Part shown: one piece after another, positions 37,460-50,175 of the stretch | How positions within the stretch are numbered: position 1 is the stretch's first letter | Layout of the letters: each line of letters starts with the position of its first letter | Assembly (NCBI GenBank): GCA_965112735.1 | Contig: OZ218956.1 | Location: 3,410,001 to 3,474,000 of the forward strand | Direction: 5' to 3' | Source of the DNA: Phaeosaccion multiseriatum | Taxonomy: Eukaryota > Protista > Ochrophyta, other classes | Length of the DNA: 64,000 nt | The notes under the pieces: generated by a model | What the model was told of the DNA's origin: nothing | What the model saw: only the letters and a program-made list of their open reading frames with translations | The model's database searches: none | Program-made: the position numbers and the translations under genes

Positions 37460-38039
37460 GGACTGGAGCCGGGTGAGATGACTGGTCCATCTGAGCTCAG
37501 CGCAGTTGCTCCATTGTAACTTACTTCCCCATGAAAGGCTAGCGCATTGTAGCGACAGTTACACACCAGTGACAAGGAGGCGGGCCGAAGGGGAAGGAGA
37601 TTGATTGCTCAAACCAACACGCACGGGGTGGGCACACGCCGAAGGGGCCGATGCGGCTTTCATTCAGTTGGTACGGTGGAAGAGAAAAGGGACAAGCAAT
37701 TCGCTTTCCCAACGTCAGAGGGCGCTCTCCCTGTCAAGCAGTTAAAGAACTTTAATTTATAAGCCTCTGTTAGTGTTGTTTTGATCTCTCACTACGCCTT
37801 TCTTTCATGTCTGTGCACTGTCTGCTTGCTCTCGTCTGTGACATGGTCAAGTCCTGGGCCCTCTCTTTCGTCTGACTCTTGTGTGTCCGTGTTGAGACTT
37901 AAACCGCCGCCGATTAGACACACATGCCACCCGGAAGCCCTGCGGGTCGATCTGCAGGCAGCTCGCATCTGGTTCAGGCCAGCAGCAGGCCCCTCCAGAG
38001 GGCAGGAGTACTCAGCACTCTTCGTAAAAGTCCGTGAAG

Positions 38040-38352
38040 AGGCAGGTAGCTCAAGCCAGCGGGAGGTTAAAGCAATTCCCCATTTCGCTTCCATGCGATC
38101 AAACGCCGATTGAATCTGTCACCAAAGGCGAGCTTCGTCACCGACCTGGGGAGAAGGATTGGCCTGTTGAATTTTGAATTTTGAGTCGCATGGAAACTTC
38201 AGCGCCTCCAGAGAGTTTTTGGTAACACCAAAAGTCAGCTTGATTGAAGCGGTTGCCAAAAGTGATTTTTTCTTCTTCAGAGATTGAGGGAGGGAAATTG
38301 GGCTGTTGAACGATGAGTAAACACGGAAACTAAAACTCCAGCTCCTCCAGAG
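38040..38352 (-). pseudogene. Degraded FNIP-repeat (leucine-rich) gene fragment
   Basis: Manual translation across frameshifts and stops gives SLEELEF..SSFNSPISLPQSLKK, ITFGNRFNQ, LEALKFPCDSKF, LPRSVTKLAFGDRFNRRL and GNCFNLPL, matching the FNIP pattern FNxPxxLPxSLxxLxFG. Confidence 0.7.
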
Positions 38353-38404
38353 AGCTGCAAGTCACTGAACAGCCCCCCCTCTCTGCCCTCACTTGTCCTC
38401 CTAA

Positions 38405-40456
38405 CTATGAGCTGAAGGGGCTGCCCAGCGAGGCGAGAATGACGTTCATCGTCGGCCGATGGGCGGGCTGCGCGTGCCAAGCCGCCTCCAGCACAGCGGC
38501 AATTGGCGACGGCTTCACGTCCTCCTCACACAGCAGATCACCACCTCCTCCTCCACCACCTCCCCCCCCCCCTTCCTCCTCCTCCCACTACTCCTCCGCC
38601 CCCAATCGCACCCCCTATCCCGTGCACATGGCCGAGGCTGAGGGGCCTCCCGCTCCTGCCCCCCAGGCTGCTCCGCCGGGAGCTGGAGGTTTCCGGGTCA
38701 GTAGTCCACCTCTCCAGGTCCAGTGGGTCGTCCTGACACCTCTGAGCGTCGGGCCGGAGCTGCGAGTACGCCACGTTGTTGGCGGTGGCCTGCGGGGAGG
38801 ACCCCAGGAAGGGCTGCTCACACGTGTATGTCTCCCTGTGGTCCGTCATACGTTGAGGGAATTCATGTAACGTTCATTTCATGTAAGGCAGATGAACACT
38901 GACCATGTATCTGACTTCTCACATCTCCCCCTCCTCTCTGGCAATCCAGATGACAGCGGCATCCCTCCTACTTTTTTCTACTCAGCAGACGACGATGGCC
39001 ATCTATCCGATATTCCCCTATGGCCCTCCCGCCTGCCCCTCGCCTCTCCTCCTGTCCTCACCCAGACGACGAAGGCCGTCTATCTGACCCTCCCCTCATC
39101 CTTCTCTATTCACTAGCCAACAGTGGCCCATCTGTACTGCTCGCCCCTCTACTCAGATTACTCAGATGACTCACCAGACGACGATGGCCCAGCTGTACAC
39201 GTCCGCCTTGGTGGTGTAGCGCTGTCCCCGGAATACTTCGGGGGCCATATAGCACAAGTTGCCAGGGGCGCCCGTCTAGGATGGCAGCGGATGGATGGAT
39301 GGATGGATGGAGGGAGGGAGGGAGGGAGGGAGGGAGGAAGGGATGGTAGAGGGAGAGATGCGTGGTGAGAGACATGGAGGACTTAGGCATAGAGCAGAAC
39401 GGGTGGGAGGCGAAAGCGAAAGCCACCACTATGCACAGGAATGGTCAGCTATCACGACCAGGGACGGTGTGGGCATCAATGGGTAGGGAGGGAGCCAAGA
39501 GGGAAATGTTGAAGTGGTGTGCCGCACAGCGGGTTATCAAGGTCCAAACTAAGAAGAAGCAGGAGGAGGGGAAGAAGAAGAAGACTGAAGAGAGTTTGGC
39601 GACGCTGAATGCAAAGATTCAGACGAGGGCAACAGCAGCACAAGTAGTCGTTACAGAACAACGAGTGTGGAGAAACAAAGTAGACTATGGGGAGGGAGGA
39701 AGGTGTGGAGACAAAAACCAGAATGGAGGAAATTGGGGATGAGTAGTGAGTGAAGAGAGAGAGTGACCGGAAGGAGTGAGTGAGAGAGATTGAGTGGAAA
39801 TCAGGGCACGGTTGGATCCTCCTCAGTCTTCAGACGCTGTTCCTTTGGACCCTCGATATCGATTTCATTTATGGTGTTCGATATAATTGATAAAGGTCAC
39901 ATAAACTGAAACCAGTCAATCAGTCAAGTCAGCCGGCCAGTCAGCCAGCCAACCACCCCACCACGCACCCAACCACGTACACACCCTTCCACCCCCACCC
40001 ACCCATCCACTCACCCACCTACCCATCCTCCCAACCAACCTAACCACCCACCCACCCACACCCACGCACCCACGCACCCCTCACCCCCGTGGACGAGCTC
40101 CCCTCTCCTCCTCTTACCATGTAGTCAGCGATGGGCCGGCTGAGGCCGAAGTCGATGAGCTTTGCGAGGGGAGCCTCTCTACGAGGGTCGCCCTTGCCAG
40201 CGTCCACAACAGACGTCAGATACTCCACGTCGCCTGGATATGGCAGTGAGTGGCAGTGGATTGGGGAGGCAGGGAGGAGGACAAAGACATGACGTGTGTG
40301 TGTGTGTGTGTGTGTGTGTCAGCGGCGTATCGCAAGAGTTACGCCAGCCCGTGCCCAGCCCTGGCTGCTCTCTATCTCTCTATCTCTCATGCCCTTCTCT
40401 CTCTCTCTCTCCCTGTCCCTCCCCCCCCCTCTCTCTTCTTCTTCTCTCCTTCCCTC

Positions 40457-40487
<31 letters not shown>

Positions 40488-40766
40488 CCACCCACCCTCC
40501 CTCCCTACGTCCCTCCTCACCCGTGAGCAGGACGTTGGAGGAGGTCATATCGCGGTGAATGATGGGCTGCAGACAGCCGTGCATGTACGCCGCTCCTCGA
40601 GCAATGTCGTGCGCGACACTGCCCCGTACACACACACACATGCACAAAGGGAGAGATACACACACACATTAGACACAGAGACACACACACGCACACACGC
40701 GCACACACACACACACGCACACACACACGCACACACACACACACGCACACACACACACACGCACAC

Positions 40767-40805
<39 letters not shown>

Positions 40806-43800
40806 CACACACACGCACACACACACACACAAGACAAAGACAAGCTCGGACACAGGCAAACGCCACAGCGGAGGAGGAGATGGGAGGGGAGGGGATGGGA
40901 GGGGAGAAGGGCTCTCGAGGAGGAGGGCTACGCATGTACCCTTCCCTTTAGTTTAGTATGCCACCCACCATACCCACCATCCCCACCATAACCACCATCC
41001 ATCCATCCAGCCACCCCACACCCACACCACCACACGCACAGCCCGCCCCTCAACCCCTTCCCCCATCCACCCTCACTGCTTACCGCCTGCACACCCTAGG
41101 AGGCAGCCCCCCCCCGCCCTCTCCGCCGCCCTTGCCCTTGTGCAGCATCTTGAAGAGGGAGGTGTGGAGCAGTTCTGTAACGATCAAGTTCTCGGGGGGG
41201 GGCGTGACGCCGTAGAAGGTGGTGATGTTGGGGTGCCGCAGCCCGGCGAGTACCTGGTGTCGGGTGTCAGGTGTCAGCTCAGTCATTCAGTAAGTTAGTG
41301 AGGGAGTGAGTGGCTCATTCGGTAAGTCCGACAGTCATTCACTAAGCCAGTAAGCACGCTGGCTGACTGCCAATCAGCCAGTCGTTACTTTCCGACAGTC
41401 ACTCACTAAGCCAGTGAGCAGGCTGGCTGACTGCCAATCAGCCAGTCGTTGCGTCAGTGAGTCAGCCAGTCGGTACTTCAGTGAGTCAATCAGGAAGTCA
41501 GAGGCAGTGAGTGAGTCAGTCAGTCAGTGAGGGAGTGAGTGAGTGAGTGAGTGAGTGATGAGTGAGTGAGTCATTCAGTTAGTCAAGTGAGTGAGTGAGC
41601 AGTCAAAAACTGACCTTGACCTCTCCCATGAAGGCAGTGGGTTTGGCCATATACTTCATACACTTGACCGCCACACGGGTGCCGTTCCATACGCCTCTAC
41701 ATTGGGGTGAGGTGAATGGGATGGCAGTGGATGGGGCGGAAGGGGGTAGAAGGTATGGGATGGGATGGGTTCATTGAAGAGCGGGTGAGAGGGGCAGAGT
41801 AGTTGCAAGGGGTGAGTCCAAACACCTGGCACATAACTTTCCTCCTCCTCCTCCTCCTTCTCCTGCTCCTCCTCCCCCTCCCCCTCTTCCTCCTCCTCCT
41901 CCTCCTCCTCCTCCTCCTCCTCCTCCCCCTCCTCCTCCTCCTCCTCCTCCCCCCCCTCCTCCTCCTCCTCCCCCTCCTCCTCCTCCTCCTCCTCCTCCTC
42001 CTCCTCCTCCTCCTCCTCCTCCTCCTCCTCCTCCTCCTCCTCCCCCTTTCCTCACCTGTACACGAGGCCGTAGAAACCCTCACCAAGCATCTCCTCGAGC
42101 TGAACTGCCTCCAAGTCGATTTGGTATGACAACTGTGAGGCGGCGATGCCAAGCTGCCACCCTTCATCTTTGCCTCCTCCTCCTCCTCCTCCTCCTCCTC
42201 CCGACCCGCCCCCGATGATCTTGCTACTACTGCTTATGCTATTTCCACTCCCCACTGCTTCTGCTGCTACCAGAGTCAGGCCCTCCTCGCTGCTGTTGCC
42301 ACCGCCGGAAGAAGTGCCCACAATGAGGCCTGCAATGGTTCCATCACCCCCGCCACCACTCCCACTCCCCCCTCCGCTACCGCTGCTACCACTGCCATCC
42401 GCGCCGTTGCCGCTGCCGCTGCCGCTGCCGCTGCCCCCCGCTCCGCCGCTGCCGAACTGCTTCATCACGTCAGCCAGAGCCCCGAGCACGCCCCTCCTGC
42501 TGCTGCCGCCCCTGCTGTTGTCCAGCCAACCCCCCCCCCCACCCCTACCACCACCATCACCACCAATGCTGCCGCCGCCGCCATCGCTGCTCCCGCTCCA
42601 GTGACTACTCTGACTGCGGCTGCGGGGTCCGAGGCCGACTCCCAAACCCGGCGAGGGTCCGGACTGACGTGTGGTTCTCTTGCGCGTGTGTGCGCGTTTG
42701 GTCGGGGCTTTGTGTAGTACGGCGTCACAGGAGCTGCAGAACCAACTGCTCCCACACGCGCGGCAGTACACCTCGGCCTTGTCCTCCACGCAGTTCGCGC
42801 ACATCTCCTCCCCCTCCTCTTCCTCTTGCTCCTCCTCCCGAACCACCACCTCCTCCTCCTGCTGCTGCTGCTGCTGCTGCCACTGGTGGAGGTCTTGTTG
42901 CGGCTGCAGTTGTTGTTGTTGCTGCTCTCGTTGCTGCACTAGCAGTGGTCGATGTAGTTGCTGCAGCCGTTGGCCGCCCCCCTCCTGCTGCTGCTGCTGT
43001 ATCACCAACTGCTCCTGCTGCTGCCGTTGGCGCAGTTGGCTCCGCAGCAGCAACTGGTGGAGGTGAGCAGAGCCCACTGCCGCTGCCCCCCGGGGATGCG
43101 TCTCTGCGGCGGGGACAACGTTGCCGTAGTTTAAAGTGACGTCATCGCTTCCACCCCTGCCCCCCCCGAAGTTGGGGACAACGTTGCCGTAGTTCAAAGT
43201 GACGCCATCGCTTCCACTGCCATCCCCCCCCCCCCCCCCGACCATTTGCCGCCACGTGTGGCTGATGTTGGGCCCTGCCTGCTCATCTTCCTTGCCACCG
43301 CCAGTGCTCAGGAGGCCCATTCTGCTCCCTAAGTCATTGAAGCTGCTGGTGCTGGTGCCGGACGTGAACGGCTGCCCGGTGCCGTACACGGGAATCACAT
43401 CGCCGGTGGCGCTGCTGCTGCTACTGCTGCCGACCGCCGACACTTCCCCTCTTCGTCCTCCTCCTCCTCCTCCTCCTCCTCCTCCTCCTCCTCCTCCTCC
43501 TCCTCCTCCTCCTCCTCCTCCTCCTCTTCCTGCTGCTGCTGCTGCTGCTGCTGCTCCTACTGCTGCATCCCCTTTCTCCTCGACCTCATCATCCTCAGCA
43601 GCAGTTGGTGCTACAGCAGCCGCAGCGCCGACTTGGACACAAGCTTGAGCTGGAGGGGGAGGAGGAGGGGAAGGAGAGGTGGACACGGCGCCGTCTCCAA
43701 GACTACCACGCTCCCCCACAGCTGCTGTATCACCAACTGCTGCTGTTGCTGCTGCCATTGCCCTTGACCCATGCAATGCTGCCGACGCCACCGCCGCATC

Positions 43801-45334
43801 AGATGCCACGAGGGAGGACATAAGCTCATCCTGCCGCTCTAAAATGGCTCGGATCTTGCTAAAGTCATTGTGGTCCTCAGGCACCACACCGGACGGCGTC
43901 AAGCCCTCGGACGAGATGACAGACGTGTTGGCGCCTAGGGTCAGGACGGGGGGAGAGGGGAGGGGAAGAGAGGAGGGAGATAAGGGGAGGGGAGGGAAGA
44001 GGAGGGTAGTGGGCGGGTGAGAGGGCGGGTGAGGGGAGGGGGGAGGGGAGAGGGGAGCGGAGGAGGGAGAGAGTGTATACAGATGTGCATGTGTGTGTGT
44101 GCGTGCGTACCGAAGGAGACAAGCAGCCTGACAACGTCTGTGTGTCCTCTGCCGCAAGCCTTGTGCAGTGGCCGGAAACCCCACCGATCAGAGCCTTCTA
44201 GATCGGCACCATTCTCGTACAGATAGGCGACAATCGAGGTGTGGCCACATCGAGCGGCGATATGTAGGGGAGTGCTGCCCTGGAGGGTTGCAGAGGGTGG
44301 AGGGCCGGGGGGATTATGAGGCTTGCAGGGTTGGGTGGTTTGAAAGACAGGAGGGGAGGGAGGGAGGGAGGGAGGCTAGGGAGGAATAGGAGCGCGACTG
44401 GCGCGACTGTGTGTGCGTGGGTGCGGCAGCCACAAGGAGAGGGTTGTCTCCGCTACCTTTCTGTCTCGCACGTTGAGCCCTCCTCCGGCGTCGTGATAGC
44501 GCCTCAACCCCTCCATGTCCCCCATGTCCACCACCTTCCACACGTCCATGGCCAAGGGGGGAGCCCCCTGGTCCAGCATGAGGCGGACGAGCTCGGGGGT
44601 GGAACAGAAGAAAATGGGGCTCCTTCCGTACTTGTCGGCGGCCATGAGGTCGGCCCCTGCCTGGATCAAGAGCTGCATGGTGCTATAGTTCCCACCCTGA
44701 CTGGCCAGGTGCAAGGGGGTCATGTGCAGGTCGTCGCTAGTGGCCTGGAAGTCGGCCTTGTGCTCTTCGATGAGCAGGCGGGCGATGTCTGCGTGGCCGG
44801 CACTTCCGCAGATGTGGAGGGCTCGCAGGCCGCGGTAGTCGCGGGCCTCCACGTTGGCTCCTCGCTGCAGGAGTCGCGCCACCACTGAGAGGCTCCCGCC
44901 TTCGCACGCCCAGTGGAGTGCAGTACGCTGTGGGCGGGGGAGGGGGGAGGCGTACGGGCGGGCAGAGACCGGGAGGGGGAGAGAGGGAGGGAGGAGATGA
45001 GACGGGAGAGAAGATGGGGACAAGAGAGAAGCGTGCAAGGAATGACACACACACACAGAGAGAGAGAGGGAGGGAGGGAAAGCGAGAGGGAGACATGGAG
45101 AGTATCCAAGTCTCCCAACCTTCTCTCACATCTCACCTCTCCCCAAAGCACTTGCTGCAAAAAGGGAGAGGAGGAGCCAGCCCAGAGCCTCAAGCATGCA
45201 ACACCCACCTGAAACCAGCTGTCAGTGGTCTCCACATCACCCCCTGCATCCAAGTACTCGTCCACTGCAGCCACATTACCATCCCGAGCATCAGCGTGCC
45301 AGCACCCGTCCTTCTTGGGAGTTCCCGCCTTCAT
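38405..45334 (-). CDS. Ankyrin-repeat + B-box zinc finger + TKL protein kinase (TNNI3K/ARK-like)
   Basis: Ankyrin repeats ([21 protein letters not shown]); B-box CANC...C..C....C..C...H......H; kinase motifs [39 protein letters not shown] and [11 protein letters not shown]. One apparent frameshift in a G run near 38562-38572. Confidence 0.88.
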
Positions 45335-46375
45335 CAGGGACAAAAACAGGCCGGGTTGCCTACTCAGGTTCCCCCACAGACGTCCATTGTAGTAGACATC
45401 TCTCGTGAGGTATTTGGAAGCATATGGAAAAGATTCTCATTTTACTTCGAAGTAATTTTTACCTCACCTTTCTTTCCAGCCGCGGACCAAGGGGGCGGGG
45501 ACAAGTACGGCTCTAGCTCGGAGGGGGGGGGGGGGGTCGGAACGACCAACCCTCTTAACTGTCTCTCTTGGAGCAACCCCCCCCCCCGACCGTATGACTA
45601 TAAATGCTGTGCATTCGACGATACGGATATGTTCGAATATGTGATATATTCGGCTCCGCTCCCCGCAGGGCCTCTCTGGCCCCCGGATAAGAAGCCTGAG
45701 GCGGCCTGCGGCCAGAAGCCTGCATAACCTCTCCCCCCCCCCCCTGAGCCCCCCTGAGAAGCCTGAAGCCCAGACCGCTGGCCTGCGGCTAGAAGCCCGA
45801 AGCCTGGAGGGGGCTTTATCCCCCCCCCCCCCTTCTTTTTTTATATATATATACTTAGTATTACAAAGTAATACATAATATATATATAATGTAAGCCGCG
45901 CGTGCGAGTGAAGTAGTGCGGAATGCGCTAAAGCAAAGCGCCGATACCCCCACGTACCACGCCGCTTCCCCTTCCCCTCCCCCTTCCCCTCCCCCTCCCA
46001 CCCCCCCCCCTCCCTCCCAACACACTCAATTCTCCTTGAGTCGCGTGGTACGAGGCAAAATTTCGCCCTTCAACTCCCCACCCACCCCTTGTTCCTTCTT
46101 TATGCCCTCCTTCTGTCGGTTCACCCCTTGTTCCCTCTTTATGCCCTCCTTCTGTCGGGACTTCTAGGTGCGTGTCCGTTGGTGCACACACGCAAGCAAG
46201 CAAGAGGGCCCCTCCTGCTCAGCTCTGTGTACATCGACAGACGCGCCAATGCCGATCATCAATGCAGCCCCCCGCCCTGCCACCCTGCCTGCCTGCCGCT
46301 AATCACGAAGATGGGAGGGGAAGGTGTGATGGAGGTGACAAGACTTGCACACTCCTCTCCCCCCCTTGCACGTGC

Positions 46376-48155
46376 TCAGCAGCCCCCTGCTTGCCTGCCG
46401 TGGTCGAGGTTGGGGACCTGAGTCTCGGTGTCGGCCTCAGCCCTCTTTGGCTGCTGCTGGTCACTACCGCCGACCCCCTTTGCCCCCTCCTCCCGGCCTG
46501 CTCCTTGTCCTTGTCCTGCTCCTGCTCCTGCTCCTGCTGGTCGTGCCAGTGCCGCAACAAGTTGCACCTTCCCTCCAGACACCATGACCTCCCCCTCGCG
46601 AATCATGGGCAGCAGCGTGGCCGAGCTAATCATCACAAACGACACGTCCGCGTTGGAATACACCACCGGCTCTCTCCTTGAGTAGTTCTCGCTCACTGCG
46701 AGCACAGAGATGGGCAGTTCCGGCCCTCCATTCACATGCTTCTTGGCTTTTGTACGCACGGCCAAGCGCTTCCCCTCTCCTCCTCCTTTGTTTTCTTCTC
46801 CTTCCTCTCCTCCTTCTCGTCCTCCTCCTCGTCCTCCTCCTCCTCCCCTCTCTCCACCTCCACCTCCACCACCATCACCATCACCTCCACCATCTCCTCC
46901 TCCTCCTGCTCCTGCTCCTGCTCCTCCTCCTGCTGCTGCTGCTGCTGCTGCTCCTGCAATACCGATATTCTTTTCATGCGGAGGTGGTGACCGTCGCTGC
47001 TGCATCACCAACTGCTTCTGTACCCCCGACTGCGGCAGCTGCTCGATCCCCAAGGGATGCGCTTCCGGGTACACGGTCCTCCCCGCCAGGTCTCCAGCGC
47101 CGAAGAGGTCGTCTACCTGAGGAGGGGGAAGAGACGCCGAAGACACCCTCCCCACCCCGCCGTCTCCCTCTCCCACCGCATCACTATAGCCATTACCACT
47201 CCGGTGGGTGGGGGGGGCACCTGCCACGCCCTGCGTCTGGCGCCTGTCGCTCACGCAAGGAGAAGAGAGGCCGCCATCTACCCCCCGCTCTTGGTAGTTG
47301 GAGAGGGGGGGATTTATTCCCGCTCCACCAGCACCATGGCCTGCATTATGACTGTTGCCTCTGTCCCTCCCTCTTGTGGACAGGTACAATGCAGGAAGGC
47401 CCACGGCGGGACCCCCTCCTCCTCCTCCTCCTCCTCCTCCTCCTCCTCCTCCTCCTCCTCCTCCTCCTTCTCCCTCCATCCGGCTCCGACTCCTCTTCTG
47501 CCCGCCACTCATGCTGCCGAAGCCGTCGAACTCCCGGCCTTGGTGGTGTACAAGCAGCGGACGCATACCAAAGGACTGCTGCTGCTGCTGCTGCTGGGGA
47601 TGGTTGCCCACGTCGTGCTGCCCTTCCTGTGGCCAATCCGAGAGTAGCTGCGGTTGGCACCGAGCCCCATCGCCACGCATCCCGCCTCCCAGCGCATCGG
47701 CTCCAAAGCCTCGGCCTCTGACCCCATCGTACGCGCTCCGGGCTTGCACAGAGCCGTCGCTGTGGTGAGGGTGGTGTGAATACAGGTTGGCGTCTGGCGG
47801 ATGCCAAGCATGCTGCAGCTGCGGCGGCGGCTGCTGTTGCGGGGCTCGACTAATGCCATAGCTACCGCGTCCCCGCAGGCCTTTCGCATCTTTCGCCCCG
47901 TGCCTGATGCACACGCCTCCTCGTTTGGCCTGATTGAGACAGCCTGGCTCTCTACAGCGCTTCACGACGGCGCCGTGCCTGTACAAAGAACAAAGGCAAG
48001 GGCTAATCAGGAGCAGGACCCACCACCCTCCAACCGAGACGTGAAACTGAACAGGGCCGCAGAAAAGGTTCAGAAAGAGATACTTACTTGATGCAGACGC
48101 CGCCCCGCTGCGCCACATTCTCGCACCCTTGGTGGGAGCACCTCTTGTGAGGCAT
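46376..48155 (-). CDS. Protein with two WRKY19-like (CxxxGC...GGxCxxHG) zinc-finger repeats and a low-complexity tail
   Basis: MPHKRCSHQGCENVAQRGGVCIK|HGAVVKRCREPGCLNQAKRGGVCIRHGA; intron 47979-48088; 3' end uncertain. Confidence 0.7.
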
Positions 48156-48690
48156 GCTGGCTCTCTCTCAACTTTTTTCCCGCTCCAGCATTACTATGTA
48201 CCGAGCCGGTGGAAAATATGAGCCTCTGCTTCTGCTTCTGCGCCTGCCCCTACTGCTGTTGCCGAGCCGAGCCTTCCCCGTCCTGCTGGGCGGTGTTCTG
48301 ACTGACGGACTTTGGCGGAGCTGCTCTATTCTATTCTATCCGCGATCTTTTCAGCATTCGTGGGAACGTTAAGATCTTCACCCCGCCATGCCTTTAGCTG
48401 TGTAGCCACGTTGCTGGCACTTCGAGAGAGCTTATAAAGCCCTCCATATCAACTAATAATAAGGGGCTGAGGGCAACTGAGGGGAAGGAGGGAAAAAAGG
48501 CACGGCCGCTTCTTTCCTTCACACGTTTTCATTTTACAATTCACAGGGAACGGCCCCAAAATTCCAACTCATATTCCCCCTTGGACCCCCTGGGGATCTC
48601 TGGATGGTGGGTGCGCCGGCAATCCCCAGCGAAGAGAGAGCCTCAACGAGTTGTTTGTCTGTGCTAACCCCCCCCCCCCCAGCGTCAACC

Positions 48691-49022
48691 ATGGCTACGC
48701 AGAACCTCCCTACCATCCTCCAGCCCACGTACGTGCCAGCGGCAAAAAATATGTTGTCTTTGAGGATACAGGAGAAAGAGGGAGGAGAAGGGAGAGGAGA
48801 GAAAGGGAGGAGAAGAAGGAGAGGAAAGTGAGGGAAGAGGGGGAGAAGAAGTGGCTGCATGCCGCGCAGGCTCGTGCGCCTGGCTCTGCGGCTGGGGGAG
48901 GCGACGGTAGAGAGAGGCTTGTGCAGGAGTGGGACCAGCGAGAGGCAAAGAAGGAGAGCAGAGGAGCAAGGGAGAGAGACGAAGAAGCAGCAGAGGCTAC
49001 TTGCCGGCTGGAGCCCCCGCTC

Positions 49023-49056
<34 letters not shown>

Positions 49057-50137
49057 CATGGATTGCCCCTCCTCGGCTCCGTTGCGAGGCGTTTCGTGGC
49101 CTTGGGGGCAGCACTGTGCCCTGCTGCTGCTGAGCACGCCCACACCATGTTCACAATTTGGAAGGGCGCAGACGGCATGCAAATGAGTACTTGCAGCAGC
49201 AAAAACAGCAGCAGCAGCAGCAGCAGAGCAGTTCCGAGGATGAGGCCTAGAGGCAGCAACAGCAGTGATCGTAGACGGATTTTTTTTCTTTGTTCGCGAC
49301 AGCTTCACCACATCACGGGCTTATGGTCGCTGCTGCTGTTGTGGTCTGGTCTTGTTTACAGTGCTGGCAGCACCGCGTACTGACCTTCTTCACCTTCGTT
49401 TTGTCCCTTTGCCTCCCTGCTCCTCTCCCCCACCCCCCTCCCATCATGCGCAACTCCTCCTCTCCTTCCTCTCCATTCTGCCGCTCACTCACTCACTCTC
49501 GGCAGGGATGAGGACATCCAGAAGATGCTCTCCGCACAGGTGCACATCGGCACCCGCAACAGCGACTCCAACATGAACGACTACATCTGGCGACGCCGTC
49601 AGGACGGAGTCCACATCCTCAACATCGGAAAGACGTGGGAGAAGCTCATGCTGGCTGCCCGCGTAATTGTGGCCATTGAGAACCCTCAGGACGTTATCGC
49701 CATCTCCGCCCGCCCGTACGGACAGCGTGCCGTGCTCAAGTTCGCGCAGTACACGGGCTGCCAGTCCATCGCCGGTCGCTTCACCCCCGGAACCTTCACC
49801 AACCAGATCACCAAGCAGTTCCGCGAGCCCCGCCTGCTCGTCATCACGGACCCGCGTACCGACGCCCAGGCCGTCAAGGAGTCCTCGTACGTCAACGTGC
49901 CGTGCATCGCCTTCTGCGACTCGGACTCTCCCTGCAACTACATCGATGTGGCCATCCCCTCCAACAACAAGGGCAAGCTGTCCATCGGCCTGCTGTACTG
50001 GCTGCTGGCCAGAGAAGTGCTGCGCATGAGAGGAACCATCTCTCGCCAGGACCCTTGGGACGTCCCGGTGGACCTCTTCTTCTACCGGTGCGTATGTGTG
50101 CCTGTGTGTGTGTGGGTGTGTGCGTATGTGTGCCTGT

Positions 50138-50175
<38 letters not shown>

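Noticed and set aside
48534-49383. ORFs of 160-241 aa upstream of RPSA exon 2
   Set aside because: They lie within or antisense to RPSA exon 1/intron 1; [13 protein letters not shown] splices in frame to DEDIQKML.
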